64,000 nucleotides of DNA from Flaviaesturariibacter aridisoli (GTDB lineage Bacteria > Bacteroidota > Bacteroidia > Chitinophagales > Chitinophagaceae). Position 1 is the stretch's first letter. Every line of letters starts with the position of its first letter. Both the position numbers and the translations under genes were made by a program. Positions 9,607 through 18,405 of the stretch are shown here, piece after piece. Where the stretch lies: NCBI RefSeq assembly GCF_004343705.1, contig NZ_SKFH01000008.1:1-64000 (forward strand), written 5' to 3'. Under the pieces are notes generated by a model that was not told the origin of the DNA, did not search any database, and saw nothing but the letters and a program-made list of their open reading frames with translations.

Positions 9607-11145
9607 TTAATCGAGAGAATATTTCTTCATCAGGGCGAGCAATACCCCGTTCGTCCAGCCGAAGCCGTCCTGCGCCGGGTATTCGCCGCCGCCGCCGGGT
9701 TTGTTGGCGTGCACCACGTCGTATTTCTCGGTGAGCTTGCCGGTTTGGCGGAACACGCGCAGGTTGAGGGCTACCCAGCGGCCGGCGATGTTGCGGGCAA
9801 GGGCCTTTTCGCCGTAGCGCTCGAGCCCGGCCACCGTCACCCACTGCAGCGGGGCCCAACCGTTCGGCGCGTCCCACTGCTGGCCGGTATACCGAAGGGT
9901 GGTCACGACGCCACCGGGCTTGAGAAACTGCGTCTGGAGCAGCTTCTTCGCGGCGCGCATCTGCCCCTTGTCGGCGATGCCCAGGAAGAAGGGAAACAGT
10001 CCCGCGAGCGTGGGCACATGCCCGGCGCGCTTCGTGCGCGTGTCGAAATCCATATACCAGCCGCGCTGCGGCGACCAGCAAAACGTGCGGATGGCGCGGC
10101 TGCGGGCGGCCGCATGCGCCTCGAAGCGGCGGGCCGAATCGTTGAGTCCTTTGAGGCGCATCGCTTTGGCGATGGTTTGCTCCAGGTGCACCAGCAGACA
10201 GTTGAGATCGACGGGCCCGAGCTCGGTGGTATGAATGGTTTCTAGGGTCTTGCCGTCGCTGAACCAGCGGCTGCTGAAGTCCCAGCCGCTTTCGGCGGCG
10301 GAGCGCAGCTCGCGGTACACGCGGGGGCGCTGTGCTTCGGGGAAGTGGGCGGCGGTCTTCACGTCTTCGGTCCAGGCTTCCTGCCGCGGAATGTCGCGCT
10401 CATCCCAGTAGCGGTTCAGCAGCGATCCGTCGCGCATCCGGACCACGTGCTTCGTGTCGGCGGTGCTGTCCATCCAGTAGCGCCATTCCTTGTACAGCTG
10501 TGGCAGTAGATCCGTATAAATACGGTCGCCGCGAATGCCGGCCAGCAGTTCCACCATGAGGCTGAAGAAGGGCGGTTGCGAGCGGCTCAGGTAGTAGCTC
10601 CGGTTGCCGTTGGGAATATGCCCGTAGCTGTCGATAAGCCAGGCAAAGTTGCGCACCATGTGTTCGATGACGCTGTCTTCGCCGCTTTCCCTGAGGCCCA
10701 GCATCGTGAAGTAGGAATCCCAGTAATAGATCTCGCGAAAGCGACCGCCGGGTACCACGTAGGAGTGGGGCAGGGGCAGCAGGGAGGATCCAACGGCGGC
10801 GGTGTCGGCGCGCCGGTGCAGTACGTGCCACAACCGATTGATATGAACCTCCACATCGCTTTCGGTCGATTCGTAGTCGGAAAGCGGCTTCTGCGGCAGG
10901 TGAAAGTTTTCTTCCACGAAGCGCTCCAGGCTGAAGCGGATGGCGGGGTTGTTGCGCACCGCCTCGTAGTCCCGCCGGATGTCGGCGGGCGCCCGTTTGG
11001 GGAGCGCATCCACGAAGGTCTTGCTGTCGGCAAACAGGCCGCTTTGCTGCACATCGAAAAACAGCGCGCCGTACAGCTGGTCGGGAGTTTCTTTGTTCTG
11101 GGCCATCAGGGTGAGGGGCAACAATAGGAGGAGAAGGAATCGCAT
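9607..11145 (-). CDS. treA: alpha,alpha-trehalase (GH37), secreted
   Basis: GGRFREIYYWDSYF and QWDAPNGWAPLQW trehalase signatures. Signal peptide MRFLLLLLLPLTLMAQ; start taken at that Met. Confidence 0.85.
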   Translation of the reverse strand: MRFLLLLLLPLTLMAQNKETPDQLYGALFFDVQQSGLFADSKTFVDALPKRAPADIRRDYEAVRNNPAIRFSLERFVEENFHLPQKPLSDYESTESDVEVHINRLWHVLHRRADTAAVGSSLLPLPHSYVVPGGRFREIYYWDSYFTMLGLRESGEDSVIEHMVRNFAWLIDSYGHIPNGNRSYYLSRSQPPFFSLMVELLAGIRGDRIYTDLLPQLYKEWRYWMDSTADTKHVVRMRDGSLLNRYWDERDIPRQEAWTEDVKTAAHFPEAQRPRVYRELRSAAESGWDFSSRWFSDGKTLETIHTTELGPVDLNCLLVHLEQTIAKAMRLKGLNDSARRFEAHAAARSRAIRTFCWSPQRGWYMDFDTRTKRAGHVPTLAGLFPFFLGIADKGQMRAAKKLLQTQFLKPGGVVTTLRYTGQQWDAPNGWAPLQWVTVAGLERYGEKALARNIAGRWVALNLRVFRQTGKLTEKYDVVHANKPGGGGEYPAQDGFGWTNGVLLALMKKYSLD

Positions 11146-11233
11146 GGGAAGTAGTTTACAGTTTATCGTTTGCAGTTTGAAGTTGGCTTCCGGGTACAAG
11201 AACTATAAACGATAAACTTCAAACGGTAAACTT

Positions 11234-11614
11234 TCACGCGCCGGCGATCACGGAGATTTCCACATTCACGAAGCGGGGTAATGCGGATACCTGTACGGTT
11301 TCGCGGGCGGGAAAGGCGTCATCGAAATACTGGCCGTAGATCTCGTTGACTTCGGCAAAGCGGTTCATATCGGTCAGAAAGATGGTCGTCTTCAATACGT
11401 TTCCAAAGCCGAGTCCGGCTTCCTGGAGAATAGCTTTGAGGTTGGCCATCACCTGGTGGGTCTCTTCCTGCAGCGAGGCATTCTTCAACGCGCCGGTGCC
11501 GGCGTCGAGGCAGATCTGCCCGGAGACGAAGAGGAGGTCGCCGTAACGGACGGCCTGGTTGTAAGGCCCGATGGGGGCGGGGGCGTTGCTGGTATTGAGG
11601 ATCTTCTTTTCCAT
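11234..11614 (-). CDS. RidA family protein (YjgF/TdcF-like)
   Basis: PAPIGPYNQAV..GDLLFVSGQ..TIFLTDMN..PARETVQVSALP conserved RidA pattern. Start at internal Met. Confidence 0.8.
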   Translation of the reverse strand: MEKKILNTSNAPAPIGPYNQAVRYGDLLFVSGQICLDAGTGALKNASLQEETHQVMANLKAILQEAGLGFGNVLKTTIFLTDMNRFAEVNEIYGQYFDDAFPARETVQVSALPRFVNVEISVIAGA

Positions 11615-11682
11615 CCGCCGAATATCCGGATAAATCATTCCCGGCCGCGCAGAAATTTGCCGCGATCACCTAGGTTTGCGCC

Positions 11683-12285
11683 ATGCAAATCCTGCTCCTG
11701 GGCGCGGCCGGCCGGCCCGCCGGCTGGCCTTCCGATACCGATGGCATTCAGTGGATCCAGACACCCGAAGAAGCGCCCGCCGGCGCCCTGCTCGTCGACC
11801 TGCTTTTCGACGGCAGCCCCCTGCGCGTGAGCCAGCTGCGGGCACACCCCGGGCCGGTGTGGGTGAATGATGTGCCCGGCGCCACCGCCGGCAGCGACGC
11901 CTTTGTGCGCATCAACGGATGGAATGGGTTCGGTGCCGCGCCGCTACTCGAAGCGGCAGCTCCCGAAGCGCTGCGCGCCGGCGCGGAGGAAGCCGCGGCG
12001 CTCCTCGGCAAAAAGATCGAATGGCTGCCCGACGTTCCGGGCTTCGTCAGCCCACGCGTCATTGCCGGCATCATCAACGAAGCTTACCACGCCCTGTCCG
12101 AAGGCGTCAGCAGCAAAGAGGCGATCAATACGGCCATGAAGCTCGGCACCAACTATCCCCATGGCCCTTTCGAATGGGCTTCGATCATTGGCCTGAAAAA
12201 CGTGGCGCAGCTGCTGGAAGCGCTCGCGAAGGGGAATGAGCGCTATGCGCCGAATGAGCTTTTGCTGAAGGAAGCGACGCGTTAG
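11683..12285 (+). CDS. 3-hydroxyacyl-CoA dehydrogenase family protein (C-terminal domain type)
   Basis: NTAMKLGTNYPHGPFEWASIIGL matches the 3HCDH C-terminal domain. Only 200 aa. Confidence 0.55.
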   Translation: MQILLLGAAGRPAGWPSDTDGIQWIQTPEEAPAGALLVDLLFDGSPLRVSQLRAHPGPVWVNDVPGATAGSDAFVRINGWNGFGAAPLLEAAAPEALRAGAEEAAALLGKKIEWLPDVPGFVSPRVIAGIINEAYHALSEGVSSKEAINTAMKLGTNYPHGPFEWASIIGLKNVAQLLEALAKGNERYAPNELLLKEATR

Positions 12286-12369
12286 CGCCATTGCCGGGCA
12301 TACATACCGTCCGTTCGCGCTACCGCTTTGCTCCAGCCCTCGCAATAACGGGCCTCGCCTGCCTTTCTT

Positions 12370-12723
12370 TTACACGTGGTGGATGACAAACGTCACCACG
12401 CCCCAGATCATCTTTTCCGAAAAATTCTCCAGCGCGATAGGCGCCAGCTGCGCCTCGGGCAGCAGGCGCGCGCGGTGCTCGCCCTGCCTTTCCAGGCGGC
12501 GGATCAGCAGCTCCCCGTTGACCGAGGCGATCACCACCTTGCCGCTCACCGGTTCCAGTGAACGGTCCACGATCACTACATCTCCCTCCCGGATGCCCGC
12601 GCCGCTCATGGCATCGCTGCGCACGCGCAGGAAAAAGGTCGTCGCCTTGTTCCGTACCAGCTGCTCGTTGAGATCGATGCCACGCCCGGTAGGGGTGGGG
12701 AAAAAGTAATCGTTGTCATCCAT
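12370..12723 (-). CDS. S24 peptidase, UmuD-like (LexA-type autoprotease domain, no HTH)
   Basis: 117 aa; SM...GIREGD..KVVIASVNGELLIRRL S24 catalytic Ser/Lys region; too short to carry a LexA DNA-binding domain. Confidence 0.7.
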   Translation of the reverse strand: MDDNDYFFPTPTGRGIDLNEQLVRNKATTFFLRVRSDAMSGAGIREGDVVIVDRSLEPVSGKVVIASVNGELLIRRLERQGEHRARLLPEAQLAPIALENFSEKMIWGVVTFVIHHV

Positions 12724-12797
12724 AACAAAAAATTTCGTTTGCTAAAATTCTGGGTAAATTTATACTAATTAATTTAGCAAAAAGCAAACCAACGTCT
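12724..12797. promoter_or_regulatory. AT-rich divergent promoter region with inverted repeat TTTGCTAAA(N26)TTTAGCAAA
   Basis: Seen directly between divergent UmuD-like and 2H-like genes. Confidence 0.4.
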
Positions 12798-13409
12798 ATG
12801 GATACCCCAGCTCCCGCTCTTCCCGGTTACCGCGTTCACGAATACCGCCTTGTGCTGGCGCTGCCCGATCCGCTCCGGGAGCGCATTGCGCATTTACGCG
12901 AACGCCTCCACGAGCGCCACCGCGTGAAACCGCCCTTCGACCTGCAGCCTTCGCTGACGGTGCTGCAATGTCATGCCTTCGAAAAATCCGAGCCCCGCTT
13001 TCTTGAGCGCCTGCAGGAAGTAGCACGCGGGCTCAGTCCCTTCAAGGTGGAACTCGAAAACTTCGCGGCCTACCCCTCGCACACGATCTACATCCACGTG
13101 CCCACGCGCCGTCCCTTCCAGGAGCTGTCGCGGGAATTGAAAAAGCTGCAGTGGCTGATGAACATTCCCGGGCAGGAGCCGCACTTCATCACGGAGCCCG
13201 AGCTCATCCTGGCGCAGCGTCTGAAGCCGATGCCCTTTATCGGGATGTGGATGGAATGCGAGCACAGCGAATTCAGCGGCCGCTTTATGGCCGACCACCT
13301 GGTGCTGCTGCGCCGCCATGCCGGCATCGGTCACTGGGAAGTGCTGCGCCGCCTCGACCTGCTGGAATTGCCCTCAGCGGTCAAACAGGGATGCCTGTTC
13401 GGAGGATGA
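12798..13409 (+). CDS. hypothetical protein, possibly 2H-phosphoesterase/LigT-like fold
   Basis: 203 aa; weak resemblance to 2'-5' RNA ligase superfamily proteins. No clean HxT/S dyad seen. Confidence 0.35.
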   Translation: MDTPAPALPGYRVHEYRLVLALPDPLRERIAHLRERLHERHRVKPPFDLQPSLTVLQCHAFEKSEPRFLERLQEVARGLSPFKVELENFAAYPSHTIYIHVPTRRPFQELSRELKKLQWLMNIPGQEPHFITEPELILAQRLKPMPFIGMWMECEHSEFSGRFMADHLVLLRRHAGIGHWEVLRRLDLLELPSAVKQGCLFGG

Positions 13410-14117
13410 ACCCAGCTCGGGGTAATCTACCGGCGCCAGCGTAGCCTCGTGGTTGCTGTCGGCACCCGGCCGGCCGATGGAGCGATCGATCGTGTGGGCC
13501 TGCAGGAAGCCTTCGGGGCAGGGGCAAAGCAACTCCTGGACCTGCTCCTTCGCCAGCTCGGGGTCGAGCCAGCGGCTCCAGGCTTCACGCGGGAGGATCA
13601 CCGGCATCCGCTGCTTCGTGTTGTGGATGCGGGCCATAAAGGGATTGGCCTCGGTGGTGAGAATGGAAAAGGTGCGGTACAATTCACCCGTTTCCGGCTC
13701 GGTCCAATGGCTGTAGATGCCGGCGAACGCAAAGAGCTCGTCGCCCTGGGCGCGAACGAAATGCGGGTACTTCTTTTTCTGGTATTCCATCCATTCGAAG
13801 AAGCCGTCGGCGAGCACCAGGCAGCGCCGCTTGGGGATATAATTCCGGAAGGACGGTTTCTCGAAGACCGTCTCCGCCTTCGCGTTGAGCGTCTGGGTCC
13901 TCAGCTTTTGCGCCTCGGCCAGTCCGGCCGTCCAGTGCGGGATGAGGCCCCAGCTATAGGCCTGCACTTTGCCCGGTTCCTGCGACGTGATCACCGGCAT
14001 CAGCGGAAAGGTAAAACCGTTGGCGTGGTACACGGGCTCGAAGGGCATCTCCCATTCCGCGGCGATCAGCTGGAGTACCTGCGCCTGCTTCTTCGTAATT
14101 GAATAATGATAACACAT
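13374..14117 (-). CDS. SOS response-associated peptidase (SRAP/YedK, abasic-site processing protein)
   Basis: N-terminal MCYHYS (catalytic Cys2). Family-typical WGLIPHW and FAGIY motifs. Confidence 0.85.
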   Translation of the reverse strand: MCYHYSITKKQAQVLQLIAAEWEMPFEPVYHANGFTFPLMPVITSQEPGKVQAYSWGLIPHWTAGLAEAQKLRTQTLNAKAETVFEKPSFRNYIPKRRCLVLADGFFEWMEYQKKKYPHFVRAQGDELFAFAGIYSHWTEPETGELYRTFSILTTEANPFMARIHNTKQRMPVILPREAWSRWLDPELAKEQVQELLCPCPEGFLQAHTIDRSIGRPGADSNHEATLAPVDYPELGSSSEQASLFDR

Positions 14118-14140
14118 CGACCTAAAGTTAGAACAGCTTC

Positions 14141-15256
14141 ATGACACGAAACAACCTCCTCCATACGAAGAACGATCTCGGCAAGATTGCACAAAACGAA
14201 ACCGAAGATCCGTATGTCAAAGGGCGCGGTGCCCAGTTCAATACCGCCAACCGCTTCGACCGGACGCAGTACAGCACCGCGCACGTGGAAGGCATCGATG
14301 AATGGGTGGAAGCATCGGTACAAACCCAGTTCATCGAAGTGCAGGCCAAAACGCTGGTCAACAAGGTGGAGAGCCCCGACGTGGGCATGCTCTACAGCAT
14401 GAATCCTTACCAGGGTTGCGAGCACGGATGCATCTACTGCTATGCGCGCAATTCCTTTGAATACCTCGGCTTCAGCGCAGGCCTCGACTTTGAAAGCAAG
14501 ATCCACGTGAAGCAAAATGCCGCGCAACTGCTGCGGCAGTTCCTGCAACACCCGAAGTGGACCTGCGTACCTCTGAGCCTCAGCGGCAATACCGACTGCT
14601 ACCAGCCCGCCGAGCGCCGCTTTCGCCTCACACGCAGCTTGCTGGAAGTGTGCCTCGAATTCAACCAGCCGGTGGGCATCATCACCAAGAACGCCGGTGT
14701 GCTGCGCGATGCCGACCTGTTGCAGCAACTTGCTGAACGAAGGCTCGTGTCGGTGATCATGACCATCACCTCGCTGCAGGAAGACCTCCGCCGCGTGCTC
14801 GAGCCGCGCACCACCACCGGCGCGCAGCGGTTGCGCACCATCGAAGGCCTCAGTAAAATCGGGGTGCAAACGGGGGTGATGCTCGGCCCGATGATCCCCG
14901 GGCTCAACGAGCAGGAAATGCCCGCCATCCTGAAAGCCGCAAGCGAAGTGGGCGCCACCTTTTCCGCCTATACGTTCATCCGGCTCAATGGCGCCGTGAA
15001 GCTGCTTTTCCACGACTGGCTCTACAAGAATTTTCCCGACCGTGCCGACAAGGTGTGGCACTTCATCGAGTCGGCGCACGGCGGCCGCGTCAACGACAGC
15101 GAGTTTGGAAGGCGCATGCGCGGCGAGGGGAATATCGCGCAACTCGTGGCCGATCAATACAAAGCTTATACGCGGAAATACGGCTTTCACCACGAACGCC
15201 TGGGCCTCGATTGTACGCAGTTTCGCCGGCCCGGCGAGCAGATGAAGCTTTTCTGA
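14141..15256 (+). CDS. radical SAM protein, PA0069/SplB-like (COG1533 DNA-repair photolyase-like)
   Basis: CEHGCIYCYA CxxxCxxC radical SAM motif. Family signature residues follow. Confidence 0.8.
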   Translation: MTRNNLLHTKNDLGKIAQNETEDPYVKGRGAQFNTANRFDRTQYSTAHVEGIDEWVEASVQTQFIEVQAKTLVNKVESPDVGMLYSMNPYQGCEHGCIYCYARNSFEYLGFSAGLDFESKIHVKQNAAQLLRQFLQHPKWTCVPLSLSGNTDCYQPAERRFRLTRSLLEVCLEFNQPVGIITKNAGVLRDADLLQQLAERRLVSVIMTITSLQEDLRRVLEPRTTTGAQRLRTIEGLSKIGVQTGVMLGPMIPGLNEQEMPAILKAASEVGATFSAYTFIRLNGAVKLLFHDWLYKNFPDRADKVWHFIESAHGGRVNDSEFGRRMRGEGNIAQLVADQYKAYTRKYGFHHERLGLDCTQFRRPGEQMKLF

Positions 15257-15324
15257 AATGCAGGGGCGGGGAATATTCCGGCTGAATCCGAGATCAGAGA
15301 TCCGAAATCAGAGATTAGAAATTT

Positions 15325-15807
15325 CTAGTCGCCCTGGCGCATCCGCGGGCGTTCCTTCGGCCGGATGCTGATCACGTAATGACTTTGTCCCGCAACGGTT
15401 TCGATCGCGATGAGGTATTCGCGCGATGAATAGGTTTCAATGCGCTCGCCGGCTTCGTCTTTGGAGGGCAGCGCGTTGAAGGATCCGTCTTCGGCGATCT
15501 GCCGGCGGATGGCCGCAAAGTTGTCGGTGCTGCGGGTGCCGTATTGAAACATCATCGCTTCGTTGCCCGAGAGGCTTACGAAGACCATTTCGGTGAAGCG
15601 GGTCTTGCTCTTGTCGCGGTCGCCCATGAGCACGGCGTTGCCGTCGTCGGTGCGGCCGCGCACGTTGAAGCCGCGCTGGCGGATGTAGCGGAATACGAAG
15701 GCGGTGTCCTTGCGGCTTTCGGAAAGCTTGAGGAGATCGGTAAGCGTCAGGCGCTGGGCGGAAGCGCCGCCTGAAACGAGGAGGAGCAGGAAGAGGATCT
15801 TTTTCAT
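15325..15807 (-). CDS. hypothetical secreted protein
   Basis: Signal peptide MKKILFLLLLVSGGASAQ at internal Met. No motifs. Confidence 0.45.
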   Translation of the reverse strand: MKKILFLLLLVSGGASAQRLTLTDLLKLSESRKDTAFVFRYIRQRGFNVRGRTDDGNAVLMGDRDKSKTRFTEMVFVSLSGNEAMMFQYGTRSTDNFAAIRRQIAEDGSFNALPSKDEAGERIETYSSREYLIAIETVAGQSHYVISIRPKERPRMRQGD

Positions 15808-15969
15808 AGCGACAGCACTAAAGGTACGGCTTTCCATCCCGGGCGGCTTTCCCTGCTTTTCGGGAACATTACATTTCACATTTTCTTGCCGACCGTAGAA
15901 ATACGGACAAGCGATTTTGCATTGCTGATGCAAAAATATTTTCAGCGATTTTTTTGCTTGTTCGAAAAA

Positions 15970-16165
15970 AGCGTCCCTACTTTGCAGCGCAAACAAAAAC
16001 GCATACATCGTGAACCGCTATCAACTCCATACAATCGAAATGAAAAGCTTCGCACCCCTGGGTGAGAGCTTTGGCGGGGACTGTATCGCGGTCTGGTAAA
16101 AACAACTACCGAAACGCATTATACAAAACCCCGCGGCGCCTGCAGCGGGGTTTTTTCTTGTTGCT
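15970..16165 (+). ncRNA. candidate small RNA (promoter to terminator, ~170 nt), identity unknown
   Basis: TTG...TACTTTGC (TAnnTTTG box) near 15975-15997. Ends at hairpin CCCCGCGGCGCCTGCAGCGGGG + TTTTTT (16127-16165). No ORF. Confidence 0.35.
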
Positions 16166-16359
16166 GCCGCCCGGTCGAAATAAAGAAACGCGCACGCTAA
16201 AAATGAATTTGTGTAAACCGAATCGTACATCAGCCATCCAGGGACCCATAGGTCTGCCCACGGAGTTTCGCGCTGCATTCCGCAGCCTGCGCAGCCGCCT
16301 GGCCACCCTATGCCCCAACGCGGAGACCATTCCTCCTTTCTGCTAGCCGCAACGGCTTC

Positions 16360-16393
16360 GGAAGGCCCGGTCCCCGCACAGGACCGGGCTTTT
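16360..16393 (+). terminator. rho-independent terminator
   Basis: GCCCGGTCC-CCGCACA-GGACCGGGC followed by TTTTTGTT. Confidence 0.55.
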
Positions 16394-16633
16394 TGTTACG
16401 CTAAACCCGAAGCCATGAAATTTCTCCTCATCACACTCGCCATTACCGCGCTGTTCCGCTACCTGCTGCCGGAACGCACGGGAAAAACATAAGGCCCCCG
16501 GGCCAAAAAGCTTCCCCAACGGGAAGACAGGTATCCCGTCGGAGATCCAAACCAAGGTGAGGGTTTCCAACGCCCCGCAGTGCGGCCCGCATCGGTTGCC
16601 GTATGCTGTTGCCTCCGAGGCGGTACCTGCCAA

Positions 16634-16722
16634 CCACTGCCGCAAGGCAGACTCGTGTTGCGGGTTCGAATCCCGTTTCCACTTCGGGTGGAATAGCTCA
16701 ACGGTAGAGCAGGGCACTGTTA
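16634..16722 (+). ncRNA. circularly permuted tRNA-like element (T-arm / capped acceptor helix / D-arm); candidate YrlA-type Y RNA module
   Basis: GCGGG-TTCGAAT-CCCGT T-arm (16660-16676). Then TTTCCAC-TTCG(G)-GTGGAA helix with UUCG-type cap (16677-16693). Then TA-GCTC-AACGGTA-GAGC-A D-arm (16694-16711). Preceded by CTGCC-GCAA-GGCAG GNRA hairpin. No anticodon arm. Confidence 0.45.
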
Positions 16723-17013
16723 ACGCTCGATGGAGCCGGCCGCTCCCAAAACAGGCCAGCCAAATAAAAGCACGGTTCGCAAACCGGTTGTGCATCGCCG
16801 TTAGCAGCGATGATGCAGCACTCCGGTAGCAGCCTGTAGCCGGTAGGCAGCCCGGCGCCGCACGATCCGCCTCGCAAGCTTACCCGCAGCTCCAGCGCTG
16901 CGGCGCTTCCAGAGCCGCTTCACAACGCGCCCCGCTGCCGCCGTCTCCGCCGCCACCCGAGGGAAAGCGAGCCGTGCTTTTTTAAACAACTGAAACGAAT
17001 AAAAACGATAGCA

Positions 17014-18111
17014 ATGAAAAAGGTACGGATCGCTGCCGTGCAGGCAGCACTGGTTTTTCGCCACGGTGTATACCAGCGCCTCCTCACCGAGGGCGTATAC
17101 TGGCTGTGGGGCGCCGACACCGCGCAGGTGTTCGACAGGGGCCAGCCCTTTGTTCCGGGCATGGAGCTGAACCTCCTCCTGGCGCACGAAGACCTGGCCC
17201 GGGAACTGGAAGTAGTAGAAGTAGCAGGGCACGAGATCGTGCTGCAATACAGCGATGGCGTGCTGAACACCGTGCTGACGCCGGGCCGCTACGCCTTCTG
17301 GAAGGGTGTGCTGCGCTACGACTTCGTGCGGGCCGACCTCTCGAAGATCGCGATCACCGAGCCCATCGACCGCACCACGCTCGGACATCGGCTGGTGGCG
17401 CCCTTCGTGCGCAGCTACACCGTGGAAGCCTTCGAGCGCGCCGTGCTCCTTGTAGACGGCAAGTACGCCGGCCTCCTCGACAGCGGCACCTACCAGTGGT
17501 GGAAGAACGCCATCACGATCCAGGTAGCGAAGGTGGATACGCGCCTGCAGCAGCTCGAGCTGAGCGGCCAGGAGATCCTGACCCGCGACAAGGCGATGCT
17601 GCGGATCAACGCCTTTGCACAGTACGGCGTGACGGACGTGGAAAAGGCGCTCCTGCACAACAAGGAACACGAGCGGCAGCTCTACGTACAGGTGCAGCTC
17701 GCCCTCCGCGAATACATCGGCGGCTACTCCCTCGACGAGTTGCTCGAAAAGCGGGCCGACCTCGTAGAATCGGTGCTCCGCTCGGTGCAAACCGCGGCCG
17801 CAACGCTCGGTGTGGAAGTACGGCACTTCGGTATCCGCGACATCATCCTGCCGGGGGATGTAAAGGAGATCCTCAACAGCATGCTGCTGGCGGAGAAGAA
17901 AGCACAGGCCAACAGCATCATGCGCCGCGAGGAAACGGCGAGCACGCGCAGCCTGCTCAACACGGCCAAGCTGATGGAAGAAAACAGCATGCTGTTCAAA
18001 CTCAAGGAGCTCGAATACGTGGAGAAGATCGCCGACAGGATCGGCAGCCTATCGGTGAGCGGCAACAGCCAGCTCCTCGAGCAGCTGAAGGCCCTGTTCG
18101 TGCCGAAATAA
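17014..18111 (+). CDS. SPFH/band-7 (slipin/stomatin-like) domain protein
   Basis: Central SPFH-like region with long C-terminal coiled-coil. Typical stomatin-family organization. Confidence 0.75.
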   Translation: MKKVRIAAVQAALVFRHGVYQRLLTEGVYWLWGADTAQVFDRGQPFVPGMELNLLLAHEDLARELEVVEVAGHEIVLQYSDGVLNTVLTPGRYAFWKGVLRYDFVRADLSKIAITEPIDRTTLGHRLVAPFVRSYTVEAFERAVLLVDGKYAGLLDSGTYQWWKNAITIQVAKVDTRLQQLELSGQEILTRDKAMLRINAFAQYGVTDVEKALLHNKEHERQLYVQVQLALREYIGGYSLDELLEKRADLVESVLRSVQTAAATLGVEVRHFGIRDIILPGDVKEILNSMLLAEKKAQANSIMRREETASTRSLLNTAKLMEENSMLFKLKELEYVEKIADRIGSLSVSGNSQLLEQLKALFVPK

Positions 18112-18121
18112 GAACAACCAA

Positions 18122-18157
18122 GACCGGGAAGCGACTTCCCGCCTCCCGGTCTTTTTT
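18122..18157 (+). terminator. rho-independent terminator
   Basis: GACCGGGAAGCGACTTCCCGCCTCCCGGTC hairpin + TTTTTT. Confidence 0.65.
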
Positions 18158-18159
18158 AC

Positions 18160-18232
18160 TGGCCTGTAGCTCAATGGTAGAGTACGCGCCTCTTAAGCGT
18201 GGGGTTGTGGGCTCGCGTCCCACCGGGCCAAC
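18160..18232 (+). tRNA. tRNA-Lys (anticodon CTT), atypical T-loop
   Basis: Cloverleaf folds by eye: acceptor TGGCCTG/CGGGCCA, D-arm GCTC-AATGGTA-GAGT, anticodon stem CGCGC/GCGTG with loop CTCTTAA, T-stem GTGGG/CCCAC. T-loop is CTCGCGT rather than TTCRANT. Coordinates +/-1. Confidence 0.6.
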
Positions 18233-18235
18233 GAA

Positions 18236-18308
18236 GGACAAATAGCTCCAATTGGTAGAGCAGCGGATTGAAGCTCCGCCCGTGCAGGTTCGAGTCCTGC
18301 TTTGTCCA
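18236..18308 (+). tRNA. tRNA-Phe (anticodon GAA)
   Basis: GGACAAA acceptor, GCTC-CAATTGGTA-GAGC D-arm, GCGGA-TTGAAGC-TCCGC anticodon arm, GCAGG-TTCGAGT-CCTGC T-arm, TTTGTCC-A 3' end. Confidence 0.85.
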
Positions 18309-18405
18309 CTGATCAAACCGGTAGCGGACCGGGGTGCCAGGGGCACTGAAAGTCGAAAATGGATGAACCGGCCGCCGCACGGCCACAATCAAAAAGGAGG
18401 CGTTT

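Noticed and set aside
16420-16492. 25-aa hydrophobic mini-ORF (MKFLLITLAITALFRYLLPERTGKT)
   Set aside because: Could be a real small membrane peptide but no supporting signal; too short to call from sequence alone.
16600-16770. Interpretation of the tRNA-like element as tmRNA (ssrA) or as an ordinary tRNA gene
   Set aside because: No anticodon arm and the order T-arm then D-arm exclude a tRNA. A one-piece tmRNA would need the 5' acceptor strand ~350 nt upstream (not found). Permuted tmRNA pieces lack a full D-stem and need a longer intervening segment than the 4-5 nt cap seen here. Kept as Y-RNA-like candidate instead.
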